Source: Balanoglossus misakiensis
Lineage: Eukaryota > Animalia > Hemichordata
Length of the DNA: 64,000 nt
Assembly: GCA_040954595.2 (NCBI GenBank)
Contig: CM082584.2
Span: 2,883,344 to 2,947,343 of the forward strand
Reading direction: 5' to 3'
This document shows, piece after piece, positions 23,717 to 35,822 of the stretch (position 1 is the first letter of the stretch; each line of letters starts with the position of its first letter). The notes beneath the pieces were generated by a model. The model searched no databases, was not told the DNA's origin, and worked only from the letters and a program-made list of their open reading frames with translations. The translations under genes and the position numbers were made by a program.

Positions 23717-25042
23717 ATGACGGGTGTGCCACGATTATGGTTGCCAGCAGTACAGTGTCCGGAGTGTCACTACCCAAATGATGTTGGCTATAATTTCTGT
23801 CAAACATGTGGCTACAACGCCCAATCTAGACCGAATCAGCCCGACCATCCGTACAAGCAGTCGTTGGATATTGACATCCCTGCTATCGAAAAGCGTCTGG
23901 ATGAGGTATTGTCGGGACCTAGAACCTCTCGCTATAATGCACGGACATATCGGTTTCAAGGGGAACTGGAGGAATTTTTGGTAAACCTGGCCCCGCCAAA
24001 AACACTTGCTTCCGCCTCGCCAAGAGATGTTATTCGGTTTCTGGTGTGGAAAGACAAAGATGGCAGAACTACGTTACACACGGCTGAATGTAGAAGACAT
24101 GAGTGCTGTCGGTGTCCTAAGCGATTGGCGTTTAAGACTGTTGACTCGTATATTGGGCAACTTAGAACGATATTTGATCGGATAGGGAGAGGTGGCCATT
24201 GGGATAGTAGATTGGGCATCGGCAATCCGGCAGCGGACAAAGTAGTAAAAGAATATTTGAAGTCGGTGACAGAAGAACAAATGAACGAAAATTTAGTTCC
24301 GCGACAAGCAAAGCCAATTATGTTAGCGAAAGTTCGTCGCATGGTTGAGGAGATAGATTCCAAATTGGATCAATTTCCCAACATTAACCCTGTTCAGCTG
24401 TTTATTTTGGCCAGAGATAAAGCCTTTTTCCTGTGTCTAGCATTTACGGGTGATAGGGCAGGTGATCTCTTGAATATCCAGACGAAAAATATCGTTGCCT
24501 TACAGAATGGAGGGTTACTATTAAATCACGTATGGGGCAAAACACTAAGAGATGGTAACGTTCGTAGTTGTCCCATCATGCTGAACGATGATGAGACGAT
24601 TTGTCCAGTACGAGCGGTTGTATCTTACAAACATTTTGCTAGTGTTAGTAATGTGAGCTTAGACCCAGGTGTGTTTTTTCGTTCGACAACGAGAGACGGA
24701 AAGATTAGCGACGCGTCTCTTTCTACTAATGCAGCAAACGCGCGGCTAAGGGAATACCTGACTAGATTAGACATCTTTGAGGGTGAGACAATCCATAGTT
24801 TTCGTAGTGCCTGTGCGATAGCATTAGCATTGTCGGGGTCAACTATGCCAGATATTATGCAACATATTGGATGGAAAACACAGTCAACAGCTTCATACTA
24901 TATGCAGTTATCGAAGGTATTGTTACCGTCAGCGCCGGCGATGAAATTGAAGGAAAGAGCCATGACCGAGGCGCAGGAGGTATACGAGAATATGAATTCT
25001 TTAGCAGATACACAACGTCTTTCTATGGCAACGTCAGAATAG
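23717..25042 (+). CDS. Tyrosine recombinase with N-terminal Zn ribbon and ALOG DNA-binding domain
   Basis: CPEC..CQTC ribbon; ALOG-like FLVWKDKDGRTTLH...C...C.CPKRLA...DSYIGQLRTIF...GNP...VKEYL..V..EQ; catalytic R (GDRAGDL), K, HSFR, HIGW, Y. Confidence 0.9.
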   Translation: MTGVPRLWLPAVQCPECHYPNDVGYNFCQTCGYNAQSRPNQPDHPYKQSLDIDIPAIEKRLDEVLSGPRTSRYNARTYRFQGELEEFLVNLAPPKTLASASPRDVIRFLVWKDKDGRTTLHTAECRRHECCRCPKRLAFKTVDSYIGQLRTIFDRIGRGGHWDSRLGIGNPAADKVVKEYLKSVTEEQMNENLVPRQAKPIMLAKVRRMVEEIDSKLDQFPNINPVQLFILARDKAFFLCLAFTGDRAGDLLNIQTKNIVALQNGGLLLNHVWGKTLRDGNVRSCPIMLNDDETICPVRAVVSYKHFASVSNVSLDPGVFFRSTTRDGKISDASLSTNAANARLREYLTRLDIFEGETIHSFRSACAIALALSGSTMPDIMQHIGWKTQSTASYYMQLSKVLLPSAPAMKLKERAMTEAQEVYENMNSLADTQRLSMATSE

Positions 25043-25234
25043 GATTAGAGTGAGTTTTGTCCTGCCCTCTGCATGTGATTTCAGTACAGGTTTTGTTTGT
25101 TTTTGTTTGACTTGTCTTCATACGAAATAAATAGTATGAGAACGCCATGTATGATATGTCTACAGTGTTTATGGGGTGTGTTGATGAGGTTTGGGAACCA
25201 GAGAGGGGATTGGCGGAGAGACGAAAGGAAAGGG

Positions 25235-25614
25235 AACATAGGACTCCGACCATTCCACTCCTAAATCACCTAAACTACCATTACGCAGTGTAGATAGGAA
25301 ACTGTCTACACTGCGTGATGATTGGTTAAACCTAGGATGAATATGCATAGACTTATGAATATGTATATACAAGCATATAAATATAGAGAAAGTAGTGCAT
25401 CTGGTGACATCTCACTATACATCTATACGGCGGCTTGAGACTCAAGCTCCCACCCGCCCACCCATCATGCAATTCGGCCGACAGGACCGTGACATGACGA
25501 GCGCCCCCGCCGGGTTGGCATACTACGATATAACTACAAGCCTAACATAGGACTCCGACCATTCCACTCCTAAATCACCTAAACTACCATTACGCAGTGT
25601 AGATAGGAAACTGT
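25235..25614 (+). repeat. 3' repeat block B1-A2-spacer-B2
   Basis: B1 25235-25305, A2 25301-25446, unique spacer 25447-25543, B2 25544-25614; B and A overlap in ACTGT. Confidence 0.9.
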
Positions 25615-26063
25615 TTGCTAACATCACGTGTGTTTACTTGAGTAAGTTGGGTACTATGATAGGAATTGTCACCATTACTGTAGGGGGAGACATGAGTCTA
25701 CCTGGTTGATTTATATTTTACATGTTGTGCTTAGATTAATAGAAATCATTTGTGCATGGTTAGTTAGGAACACTTCCATAACTAGTCTGCATTTTTGCCT
25801 CTGCCATAGTAAAGAAAAAAAATCAGAGAATAGGCAGAGTAGAAACTAAGCTGCACTCCCCTAACAATAAAATGGTTTACCCGTAAGTCTAATGTGATGC
25901 ATTGTGTGATTCAATTTGTGTCAATAAAATGGCAACCACTTCAGTGTTCAGTGCAAACAGTGTGTGACATACCTGTCCACCTGACCAAATCTATTAGAAA
26001 CACATTTTTTGAAAAGAATTTGTTTTAAAGGGGCAGCTGCTATGACATTTGGGATATTAACTA

Positions 26064-26240
26064 CAGTAAAACCTGTCTGAACAGAACACTGAAGGCACTG
26101 AAGAAATTTTTCAGTTTACAGACATTTCCAGTTTGTAAAGGTTCTTTTAATATGTGATTCTATGTCGAAGGGACTGAAAAGGTGTTCAGTATAGACAGGT
26201 TTCAAGATTAGACAGGGTTTGGTTTTGACAGGTTTTACTG
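26064..26240. mobile_element. 177-bp pogo-type MITE, copy 2
   Basis: CAGTAAAACCTGTC / GACAGGTTTTACTG perfect 14-bp TIR; homologous to 3633-3809. Confidence 0.75.
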
Positions 26241-27942
26241 AAGGTTGAAAATCAATTCTATGTGGCCACTGAAGTTTCTTGTGCTACTCCCAACAATATG
26301 TTGGAACCCACACTTTATGTATAAAATACCTTCCACTAAATATTCAAATGTCACCAAAAACATTTGACACTAAATAAATAAATATATTCAATAAACACAT
26401 ATTTTGAAGACAAGTTGCATATTTGCTTGTAAAAGTAGTAAAATCTGTGATAGCATTACACACCCACAGGCAATGTTGACAAGTGAAGTAAGGGTATATT
26501 AGCATGCTGTTTGGAGTTGTTTTTGTTGTTGTTGTTGTTCCTTTATTCCTCCTCGAAATGAGAAGAGTTACATCAACACATTAAATTACAGAGGTACTAC
26601 TATACTAAATTATATAAGATGGCTTCCGACAAGAAGCATTTCACGGTACTAAATTCAGTTCGCAAGGCATATTTGTACAAGGTCCAGCACATTTTCTTGA
26701 AGAGTTGCTTGTTCACCAGACTCCTGGTAGTCAACCATGTAAATTATATCTCCTAAAATATTAGCAATGAAGTCAAGATCATTTGAGTTGTAAAGTGTTG
26801 TAGAAACAGTAATGCTCATTTTGTCGAAAAGACAGTTCCAAAAAGAGTCCCTTGCTGTTTTTGTATGACATTATGACATATTAAGATAGACCAATCTAAG
26901 TTGTAAAATAAAATCATGAAAATAATGCAAAAGTGGCATCTCTTGAGAATGTATGCAAGGGCAATTGACGCATGACCCACCACACACGTACTGATAAGAA
27001 AGGGAGTATATAAGAACCACGTTGGCAAACATTTTAAGGCAAATATTGACCAGCTGTCATAAAACTGTCAGATATTTTATTGCTCTTATAGAGAATGGCC
27101 TTCACCTGTATCTGATTACATGTTGGAGTCAGTGAGACTCCATGTGTACCAGCCTCCAGTGTGTAATTGTTATCAGCACCGCTCAAGTTAATTCATACTT
27201 ATTGTATTAAAACTTAAACGTTTACTATTGTTCCTATTAGCCAACATCGATTGAATTGTTATTAATATCAGCGTGTTCACACTCACTCATGTACTAAGTA
27301 AAGAAGTGTAAATGACATCCCTGCCCACACAAGACCACTATAAAAGTCATAAGTTTGACCTTCCATTAACAAGGTTTCTGTGACTATTCCCTAGGTATTG
27401 TTGTTTTTGATATTCTGATGGTTTAGTTTGAAGTTTATTGACATGCTGTCTGTTCAGCTTGATATGTACAGGTACATATCAGAAGCAATTTACTATGAGT
27501 CTTAAAGATTAAATACTGTTTGTTATATTGGCTTTACGGGTATAGACTTTGACAGAAACCACTCAACACACTTAATTTATAGCTCAGAATGTTTGTTTAG
27601 TCGCTAGCAAATAAATAACACTCCACCACAATCAAGTAACAAACAAGCAAACACTTTTCAACCAGATCGCGTTAAAGTCAGGAATTATCATGAGCTACAG
27701 TTTATACAGCTTTTTGGCAAATATTGTCGCAACCATGGTCCTTTTAGAGCGATAGTTTCTGAATTGCCATAAGAGGCTGTGGTATATTTGCATGTTTTAA
27801 TTATTAATCAGGCAATTCAAGCTTCCGGGACACAGAACCATTCAGCACATGCGTCTCATAAATGTATGGACATGTAAATTTTAAGTGTTACTTTGCCATG
27901 CCGATTGGCATTATTTTTTCTATTGCAGATCGCTGCCCTGCG

Positions 27943-28073
27943 TGAGTGTTGGGTGATTGATGATGATTCCCTCCGCCGTTTCGGCTTTTCGTGTAAATCA
28001 CAGTCGAGGAGTTGGGTGATTGATGATGATTCCCTGCTCGGTTTCGGCCTTGGTGTAAATCACATTCGAGGAG
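27943..28073. repeat. Two-copy ~64-bp tandem repeat
   Basis: GTTGGGTGATTGATGATGATTCCCT...GTGTAAATCACA.TCGAGGAGT occurs twice. Confidence 0.7.
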
Positions 28074-29169
28074 TGTACGTGTGTAAATGCATGTTCGCGT
28101 GTCCGCTTATTATGCAGAGACTTCAGTGGGGTCGCCTAGGTCTGACTGTCAAAAGGATACCGCTCGAACAAGTATACAGTAAATCATGACATGTTGAGTA
28201 GATATTGTATTTCAAGAGATATATTTTAGAAAATTGGGCCAATGTAGCCTCTACAGGCAGAATTGTGTGTATATTGGAGAGAAAAAAATCATTCAGACTA
28301 TATTACAGTTCTGCATTCAAACCCATGTCCACGATCCTATACATGCAGTGATAGGACAGGCATAAATTTCAGGCTCTGTCACGTCACTGTGTCTACAGCA
28401 CTTTATATAGCTATGTCAACCCAGCTGTCACATATATTGTGAATGGCTAACGCCATAACGGCATCATCCCTGTATTCTGACTATTCGTAATGGTAATAAA
28501 ATAGTAAAAGTACTGAAATGACTGGTACGCCATACAGCATTACAATCAACAAAAAGTAAAAAAATAAATAAAAAAGTAAACAAAAAAACAGGAAAACATT
28601 TCTAAAATACCAATAAAATTATGAAACTACTAGAAGGGGTAACGGCTGAGAAAGCGGGTAGAAAGACTTGCAAATTAGACTTAGGTGGCGCAGCTTCACC
28701 AGCAAACGTCTTCACCCAAGCGCCATTGGAATGCTAATCTCAACAACAGATTTTACCTCATTTCAAGCATCAAAATGAAAAAAATAGCGTCAAGGACACT
28801 GTGGTCCCATTTGAGGATTATGCGGAAACAGCGACACACCAGATAAAAATTACAGGTGACATTGCTATCAGATATGATCTTACCATATAGAAATATGGAA
28901 TGTAAAAAAAATAATAAGGAACATGCCCAATAAACTGTCATGTGTCATGGCAGTCTTACAACTTATGCTAGAAAAAAAATTGACCAAAAATTGTCTGTAC
29001 AAACACAAATAAGAAGCAACTTCTTTCAGTCAGCCCTGGAACAGACACACATACAGACACACACTGACCTGAGACTGGTAATTAAAAAAATAATAGCTGG
29101 TGGTCTCTGTAACAGCTGGCCTATTAAAGTTATGTAAACATGTTTTAATTCGGGGTAACAACTCCTTGT

Positions 29170-30234
29170 AAACAGTAACTTTCAAAACAACTGGACAATT
29201 GGTTTAGGAGAAGATTTGCTAACCAAAAACAAAGAAACTTACAAAAAAACTCGCTAAATATTGAATATTTCTGATATCAGAATTGAATAAAAGTTGCACA
29301 TATACATGTATGTGTTATGAAATTATATCCTAAATTTCAAAGCAATCAGAGAAAAAACAAATTTCAAAGCAATCCAACAAGCAGTTTCACAGAAAATATT
29401 TGTTCAAAAGTGGCAAAAACACAAATATGCAAATATCACCAAAATTTTGCAAATCTTACTTCAATCACTACAAGGAACATGCTGCCAAAGTTCAATGCAA
29501 TATGACAAAGCAGTTTCAGACAAAAAAATTGTTGACAAAAATTGCAAAAGTTTCCCTGATAACACATTTATGCAGATATCACATTTTTTTACAGCATATT
29601 ACTTAGGTTACCCCTACGAACATGCCTACCAAATTGCAAAGCCATCTGGCATGCGGTTTTAAGGGGAAAAAAAATTGACCAAATATGGCAAATATTGCTC
29701 AAAATAATAAATATGCAAATTTTGCAACAATTTGAACAAAACTATGGTTACTCAGACAACCATTAGGAAGCTTCATACTAAATTTCAAAGAAGTAAGCCC
29801 ATCACTTTCAGAAATGAAGACTTTTTATTGAATAACATGGAAAAATAAAAAAAAATGCATAAAAAATAGGAAATCGATAATATTAGCTCAAAACATACAG
29901 GACTGTATGAGGTTGATATAAGGTACATGCATACCAATTTTCAAATCAATATGACCAGTGGTTGTTGAGTTACCGAGTTTTGTCACATTTTCCCAGCTAA
30001 TTTGCATATTTTTGGCAATGACAACTTCATTTGAACAAACTCCCATCTACAGCCCTGCCTGCATCTACACACCAAATATCAAGGTCATACAAGCTGTGGT
30101 TTTCAAGTTGTTGATGTGGACGGACATACAGACATACATCCATCCATACATCCATCCATCCATCCATACATACATACATACAGACGCAACCGATCCCATA
30201 AGGTCCCATGGTACATACCAATGGGACCTAAAAA
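29170..30234 (-). mobile_element. HINE/DINE-1-like non-autonomous Helentron-type element
   Basis: On minus: T-run, hairpin AGGTCCCATTGGTA..TACCATGGGACCT, then (TATG/GATG)n microsatellite and degenerate internal repeats. Left boundary approximate. Confidence 0.55.
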
Positions 30235-30401
30235 CGTGATAGTGTAATGAAATTTGTCAAACTTGTGGTCATTTTATTTTAACAAATTTCTGCATTTTTA
30301 TCTGATTGTGGTCTTACCTTCAAATCACTTGACAAGGTAGGCGACACAATGTTGCATGCTAGGAAGGTGACGATTTTTGACTAAGAGCAGTGTTATGTTA
30401 A

Positions 30402-31004
30402 AGCCTCAGTATTTCTCGTAGGGGCAAAATTTTGTTTGAAACGGCATCTATAATTTCTAAAAGTAGATGATAATTGATACTGAATCGAACAGTCATCATC
30501 CCCAGCTCTGCTGATAAACTCATACAATTTACAATATAACGAGTGAAAAATGACTTTCTGTCCGGACAGAAAGTCACGTGAGTCAGGCTAATGTTGACAC
30601 ACGTGACTAGTGCGCATGCGCACTCAAATGTGAATCTATGCGGAAGAGGTTTGGTCGCCCCAAATCAAGCGACTCAGCGAAGAAATGCGCACTAATTCGG
30701 CGAAATTTTGGGAAGATAACTTTATGGGAGAAATCAGTCGATGGAACCAGATCAAATCCGAAAATGGTCTGACCATCAAAATGTCAAAGTGGCACGTTTG
30801 CTGATCGACATGTACAACATTTCCGTTGTAAACAAACCCGCGCATCATTTCAAGTGTTACGGGCAATATTTACAGCTTGCACGTAGCTACAGTTGCCCAA
30901 ACCTTTCTTCTATCTTCATTATGTAGTATTCCATGATGAATGTACAGGAAAAACGGGCATTTTTCGATGATGAAAAATGGATACACACGAGAAATACTGG
31001 GGCT
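30402..31004. mobile_element. Kolobok-like MITE, copy 2
   Basis: TTAA TSD (30398-30401, 31005-31008), same TIRs and body as 1528-2119. Confidence 0.85.
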
Positions 31005-31776
31005 TTAAGCTTATTCCTATCTCAACTTATTCCAACACAATGTTCAATGAGAACTTTTAATTGTAACAACTGACATTTCACATCAAAAGCAACACTGTTC
31101 TGGAAATGACGACAACTGTTATAAGAGGTTCATTTATGTATTTATTTATTTTGGACTGGAGACTGCTGTGCAAAATTCACCTCAATGGGCCTTAATATTA
31201 AATACACCATCAAACACTGTGTGAAATAGCCTGAATCCACCAAGGATTGTTGTGGATTCTTTCGTGGATTCTTACAGAATGCAGTAGAATCCTGAGATAT
31301 CCATCATGGATACTCAGAGAATCCACAGATAAACCAATAGTGGATTCTGTCAAATACGGAACACTTTCAGAATCCACAATAGAATCCTTTACAGTATTTC
31401 AGTGGATTCTCTGTAACAGTTCCCAGAGAAATCCTTTGCTTGATTTTGATGGATTCTGCATGAGAGTAATAATCGTGGGGTTACGCCCTTTCCCTAAAAA
31501 TTTCCCATGTGACCTTGCAGCTACAAAATGGCATTAAATATCACCGATATTTGCTACCTTTAGTTTTAGAAAGAAAGCCACTATAATAATTGAGATATAC
31601 AATCGGAATTTTGTTCAAGCATGCTCTAGTCATGCTCTTTTGCATTGGACACGGAATGTGTAAATTCAGAACTTTTATTCCATTTACTGTTTTATTTCGA
31701 TTAGGAGTACAATGGGACCTATTTGGGATGTAGTAATTTTAATTCATGTTTTATCTTTTTTATTAAGAAATGTATA

Positions 31777-31997
31777 TATAACACAGCCGAGGGTGAATTA
31801 AATGAGAGTCTTTAATACTCAGACACAGCCAACACAAATAGACATTGACTCGTTTAAATGGCCGCGGCCATAACTGAACACACCAAACAGAACAGTTCCT
31901 AGGTCAGGGGTCACCTCAAGGGTTGCCCCTCCTTCAAAATCAGAGTCTCATGTCAAGCGCCCTCACACAGGCACTATGATACAATACGTCCATTACA
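31777..31997 (-). repeat. 3' LTR of Gypsy-2
   Basis: Direct repeat of 42377-42597; element-strand ends TGTAA...GTTATA. Confidence 0.93.
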
Positions 31998-32079
31998 TCA
32001 CTCCCCCCCAATATAATAGTGTCCTCCTGGACACGTCGGGAGCATCCCCAACAGTTCATACAGTACATTTAAACAAACT

Positions 32080-32127
<48 letters not shown>

Positions 32128-32348
32128 ATATATGTAATCATAAGTGTCAGCAAACCAGTTCGACCATAGAGTTCACAGTTCAACAATAAGTCCACTTGAC
32201 GCGAAAGCAAAATGTAAATATATATCTAGAATAGAATAGAATAGTTTATTGCGTTCCAAGGCCTCCGGCCCATATGCAAGGGGGTTACAAAAATTTAACA
32301 TAGAAAGACAGCAAAATAAAGTACAGCTGTACATGACCATTAAACAGT

Positions 32349-35300
32349 TTAAATTCTGTCTCTTGAAAAAAGTGAGAGAGATATCTTTCTCTGCTTAAAC
32401 GCTTTGCTTGTGAAAATACAGAGGTTGAGAAGCTCATCATTGCTAGACGTGTTCATAAGTCGTACAAATTTGTGAAAAGTTGGATGCTCAAAGTAGACAT
32501 GTGATAAATACTGTTTTCTGAGGTCTGTGTAAGCAGAGCATTCAAGGAGAAAATGGTATTCATCTTCTACTGCTCCTTTTGTACAAAACTTACATAGACG
32601 ATCTGGTACATCTATATTATGCCTTCTCCCCTCCTCAATAGCAAGGGGCAGGGTAGAACAGCGAAAAAAGGTGAACAGTTGTAAGACATTGCGACTACAT
32701 GGTAACCTAAGATACTTCTCAGGTTCGAGCATGCTTTTAAATTGCATGTATGTACGGAGTTTAGGTTTCAAAGATATTTTACTGTTCCAAAGTTGTTTAA
32801 AGATATCTGAAAGCCTAGAATCAAAAAGTGACAAAAATTGCTGTTTGTTTCCTATTTCTTGGGCAAGCCAGGCATAACCGAAACCATAAGAAAATAAAAC
32901 ATTCTTTATAGATGTTGCCCACGTGTGGCGACCCAAGCCATCAAGATTACATAACATGATGTATGCTTGTCTTGGAAGTCGGTTTGGAGGCATTTCAAGT
33001 AATTTTATCCAATAGCGAATGCAACGCTTTATAGTGTAAAAATGAACAGGAAAACGACCGCATTCACCCAATACTGCTTCATTTGTTGTATTGCCCGGTA
33101 CACCTAAAAATTTTCTACACCATTTTCTGTGTACCTTCTCCAGAGCATCGTACAAAGTAAAACCCCAGACTTCAGAACCATAGCATAAAATTGGTAATAT
33201 CATAACATCGAAAACTTTAAAATGAGAATACAGATCAAAGTGACCTAACTTCCATCTAGCAATTGACAGCATATTGAGGGCTTTACTAGCCTGGTTTGCT
33301 AGATTTTGGATTGATTTCGACCAGTTGTTGCGAGATGAAAAGAATAAACCCAGGTATTTGTAAAATGAAACAATATTTACAGGACTTGTACCAAAATGCC
33401 AGTTTTCCCAACGTGATCTGCGACCACCTTTTCTGAAGATCATAACTTTTGTTTTGTCTAAATTAACTTGCATGCGCCATTTGAAACAGAACTTGTATAA
33501 AATATCAATTAAATGTTGCAGGTTCCTGGCTGAATCTGCAAAAATAGCCACATCATCAGCATAAAGTAAAGCAAACAGATCATATATGTCTTGTGTTAAT
33601 TGAACACCACGTTGTCCAGATGACATAAGCATACCATTCAATTCGTCAATGAAAAAACTAAACAAAACCGGGCTTAAAATACACCCTTGTCTGACGCCAG
33701 CTGGACAGTCAAAGTACTCTGATGTAATATTTCCAGCTCTAACACATGATTTGATCCCACTGTACATGGAATATAAAATACAATACATTTTTCCTTTGAC
33801 TCCCAGCATCTTAAGCTTATACAGTAACAAACTATGGTTTACCCGATCAAACGCCTTCGAAAAATCGACAAAAAGGCAATACAGTTTCCCACGTCTTATG
33901 CTTAAATATTTCTGTACTATAGCATGTAGAACAAATATGTTGTCTATAGTGCTGTGATTTTTGCGGAATCCAGCTTGACAGTCTGAGAGGATGTTTAGAG
34001 TATCCGACCATTTTACAAGTCGCTCATTTAAAATTGACGTAAAGATCTTTCCCAGAGTGTTAAGAAGTGAAATGCCCCTGTAGTTGTTAACGTCCTGCTT
34101 TGACCCTTTTTTGAATAGAGGAATTACAATTGCGCCCGACCACTCCCTAGGAAACTTTCCAGAGACAAAAATAAAGTTAAACAATTCTACAAGTACAGGT
34201 AAAATTATTTCTGCAGAAAAGCTATAAAATTCATTGGGTATCCCGTCTGGCCCGGGAGCTTTACCCGATTTAAGTCTTTTCAAACAAGATAACACTTCAC
34301 TCTCTGTAATATGGTCATTAAGTAAATTATCTGTACCATCCCCTCCCGATTCATTAATCAGGGAAAATTCCTTGATTTCCTCTTCTATTGTACATAAAAA
34401 TTCACTATCACCTGATTTGACATCAAAGCAATCATTGTAAAGGGTACTAAAATATTCATACCAAGTCTGAATGCTGATGTCATTACCGGGGTTTCCCCTT
34501 CTGCCTATAACAGAATTTACAATTTTCCAAAATTCTCCAGAATTCTGTGATGCCTCTAACAGGCGATTTCTAATTGCATATTGATAATTTAATTTACTGG
34601 TCTTACAAGTCTGTTTAAAATATTTCTTAGCTGCTTTATAGTTTTCAAGAGAACCCGTTGTACCAAGCTGTCTGAATAATTTCAAGTTGTCATACACAGA
34701 ACGTTTGGCTTGTTGACATGTCACATTAAACCATGGAGGCTGTTTGTAATTGTTTCGAGGAGTGCTCACCTGGCGCCCATCAGCGCCGGCAACTTGTACA
34801 GCCTCGAGTATCTTTGAGATGGCAGAGCTTGTGTCTGGAAGGGCTGTAATAGATTCATTCAACAAATTTTTCACATGCGGGGAAGACATTTTTTCTTTAA
34901 AAGACTGATAACAAGAGGGCGGCATGCGAAAACGAACAAAACGTGACACATTACTAGCAGTAGGACATTGACGTTGGACGTGTACCTGCGCAGCGGGAAA
35001 TTCACAGCTGATCGGAAAATGATCAGATTCCATTCTTGAAAGAACTTGAAAAGAGCTTACATAACGGAAAATTTCTGATGGCAAAAGCATGTAATCAATT
35101 ACACTGCTTCCATTTGGTGTGATACATGTAATATTTCCGGGCATGTCATTGGTCGTCCGACCATTTACAATATGCAAATCAAAATTGCGACAGATGCCCA
35201 GTAGCGCTTTACCAGCTTCATTAACCACCTGATCTTTTGAAAGTCTTGGAATGTGAAAATGAGATTGTGAATACATTGAATCATCCAATGGCAGATGATC

Positions 35301-35822
35301 TGTCGAGTCATCAGTAATGAAATCGTCATGTGACCCTGTTCTCGCATTAAAATCACCGCCCAGAATGAAACTACACTCGGGGTATAAACAAGAAAGCTCA
35401 ATAAGTTGATCTTCTAACTCTTCAAAGTTGTCTAATATAGAATCGGGTCGCAGATAGCAACAACCAAATATAACATCTCTATTGAATGGAAATAAATCTT
35501 TATGAAACTTGAGAAAAACGGAATTATTTAACCATGAGTGTACTTGTTGGACTTTGTCAGCAATAAGTTTATGCACATACACAGCAGTGCCGCCACTTGG
35601 ACGGCCTCTAGTATGGCGACGCGTGGCAGGAAAAGGAAAAACCACGTGTGTTTTTAAAATATCTACCTGGTCTGAGGTTGTACAGAAAGTCTCAGTTATA
35701 CCCACAATATCATATTTCGAACAAAAATAAATAGATTCTGAATTGTTTAAATTGGTTCTTAGACCTCTAATGTTCCATAGCAGAAAAGAGAGAATTGACT
35801 TGCTTGAGCCTTGGCCACACCC
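32349..35822 (-). CDS. LINE ORF2 (APE endonuclease, RT, C-terminal CCHC), no initiating ATG
   Basis: Open from the ORF1 stop: WNIRGL, GITET, GDFNAR, IDY, SDHFP; RT DFSKAFD, GVRQG, LLYADD; C..C....EDEYHFLLEC. Confidence 0.92.
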   Translation of the reverse strand, partial: GCGQGSSKSILSFLLWNIRGLRTNLNNSESIYFCSKYDIVGITETFCTTSDQVDILKTHVVFPFPATRRHTRGRPSGGTAVYVHKLIADKVQQVHSWLNNSVFLKFHKDLFPFNRDVIFGCCYLRPDSILDNFEELEDQLIELSCLYPECSFILGGDFNARTGSHDDFITDDSTDHLPLDDSMYSQSHFHIPRLSKDQVVNEAGKALLGICRNFDLHIVNGRTTNDMPGNITCITPNGSSVIDYMLLPSEIFRYVSSFQVLSRMESDHFPISCEFPAAQVHVQRQCPTASNVSRFVRFRMPPSCYQSFKEKMSSPHVKNLLNESITALPDTSSAISKILEAVQVAGADGRQVSTPRNNYKQPPWFNVTCQQAKRSVYDNLKLFRQLGTTGSLENYKAAKKYFKQTCKTSKLNYQYAIRNRLLEASQNSGEFWKIVNSVIGRRGNPGNDISIQTWYEYFSTLYNDCFDVKSGDSEFLCTIEEEIKEFSLINESGGDGTDNLLNDHITESEVLSCLKRLKSGKAPGPDGIPNEFYSFSAEIILPVLVELFNFIFVSGKFPREWSGAIVIPLFKKGSKQDVNNYRGISLLNTLGKIFTSILNERLVKWSDTLNILSDCQAGFRKNHSTIDNIFVLHAIVQKYLSIRRGKLYCLFVDFSKAFDRVNHSLLLYKLKMLGVKGKMYCILYSMYSGIKSCVRAGNITSEYFDCPAGVRQGCILSPVLFSFFIDELNGMLMSSGQRGVQLTQDIYDLFALLYADDVAIFADSARNLQHLIDILYKFCFKWRMQVNLDKTKVMIFRKGGRRSRWENWHFGTSPVNIVSFYKYLGLFFSSRNNWSKSIQNLANQASKALNMLSIARWKLGHFDLYSHFKVFDVMILPILCYGSEVWGFTLYDALEKVHRKWCRKFLGVPGNTTNEAVLGECGRFPVHFYTIKRCIRYWIKLLEMPPNRLPRQAYIMLCNLDGLGRHTWATSIKNVLFSYGFGYAWLAQEIGNKQQFLSLFDSRLSDIFKQLWNSKISLKPKLRTYMQFKSMLEPEKYLRLPCSRNVLQLFTFFRCSTLPLAIEEGRRHNIDVPDRLCKFCTKGAVEDEYHFLLECSAYTDLRKQYLSHVYFEHPTFHKFVRLMNTSSNDELLNLCIFTSKAFKQRKISLSLFSRDRI

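Larger units (their letters stand above)
19670..25614 (+). mobile_element. DIRS-order tyrosine-recombinase retrotransposon with PAT/Ngaro-style split direct repeats (A1...B1-A2-B2), ALOG-YR type
   Basis: A1 19670-19815 = A2 25301-25446; B1 25235-25305 = B2 25544-25614; gag, RT-RH-MT and YR ORFs are all open. Confidence 0.93.

Noticed and set aside
31215-31460. GGATTC/GAATCC-rich segments with a CACTGTGTGAAA-like end (also ~45000-45295) as one large CACTA element
   Set aside because: No matching TSD or transposase; more likely two separate decayed MITE fragments.
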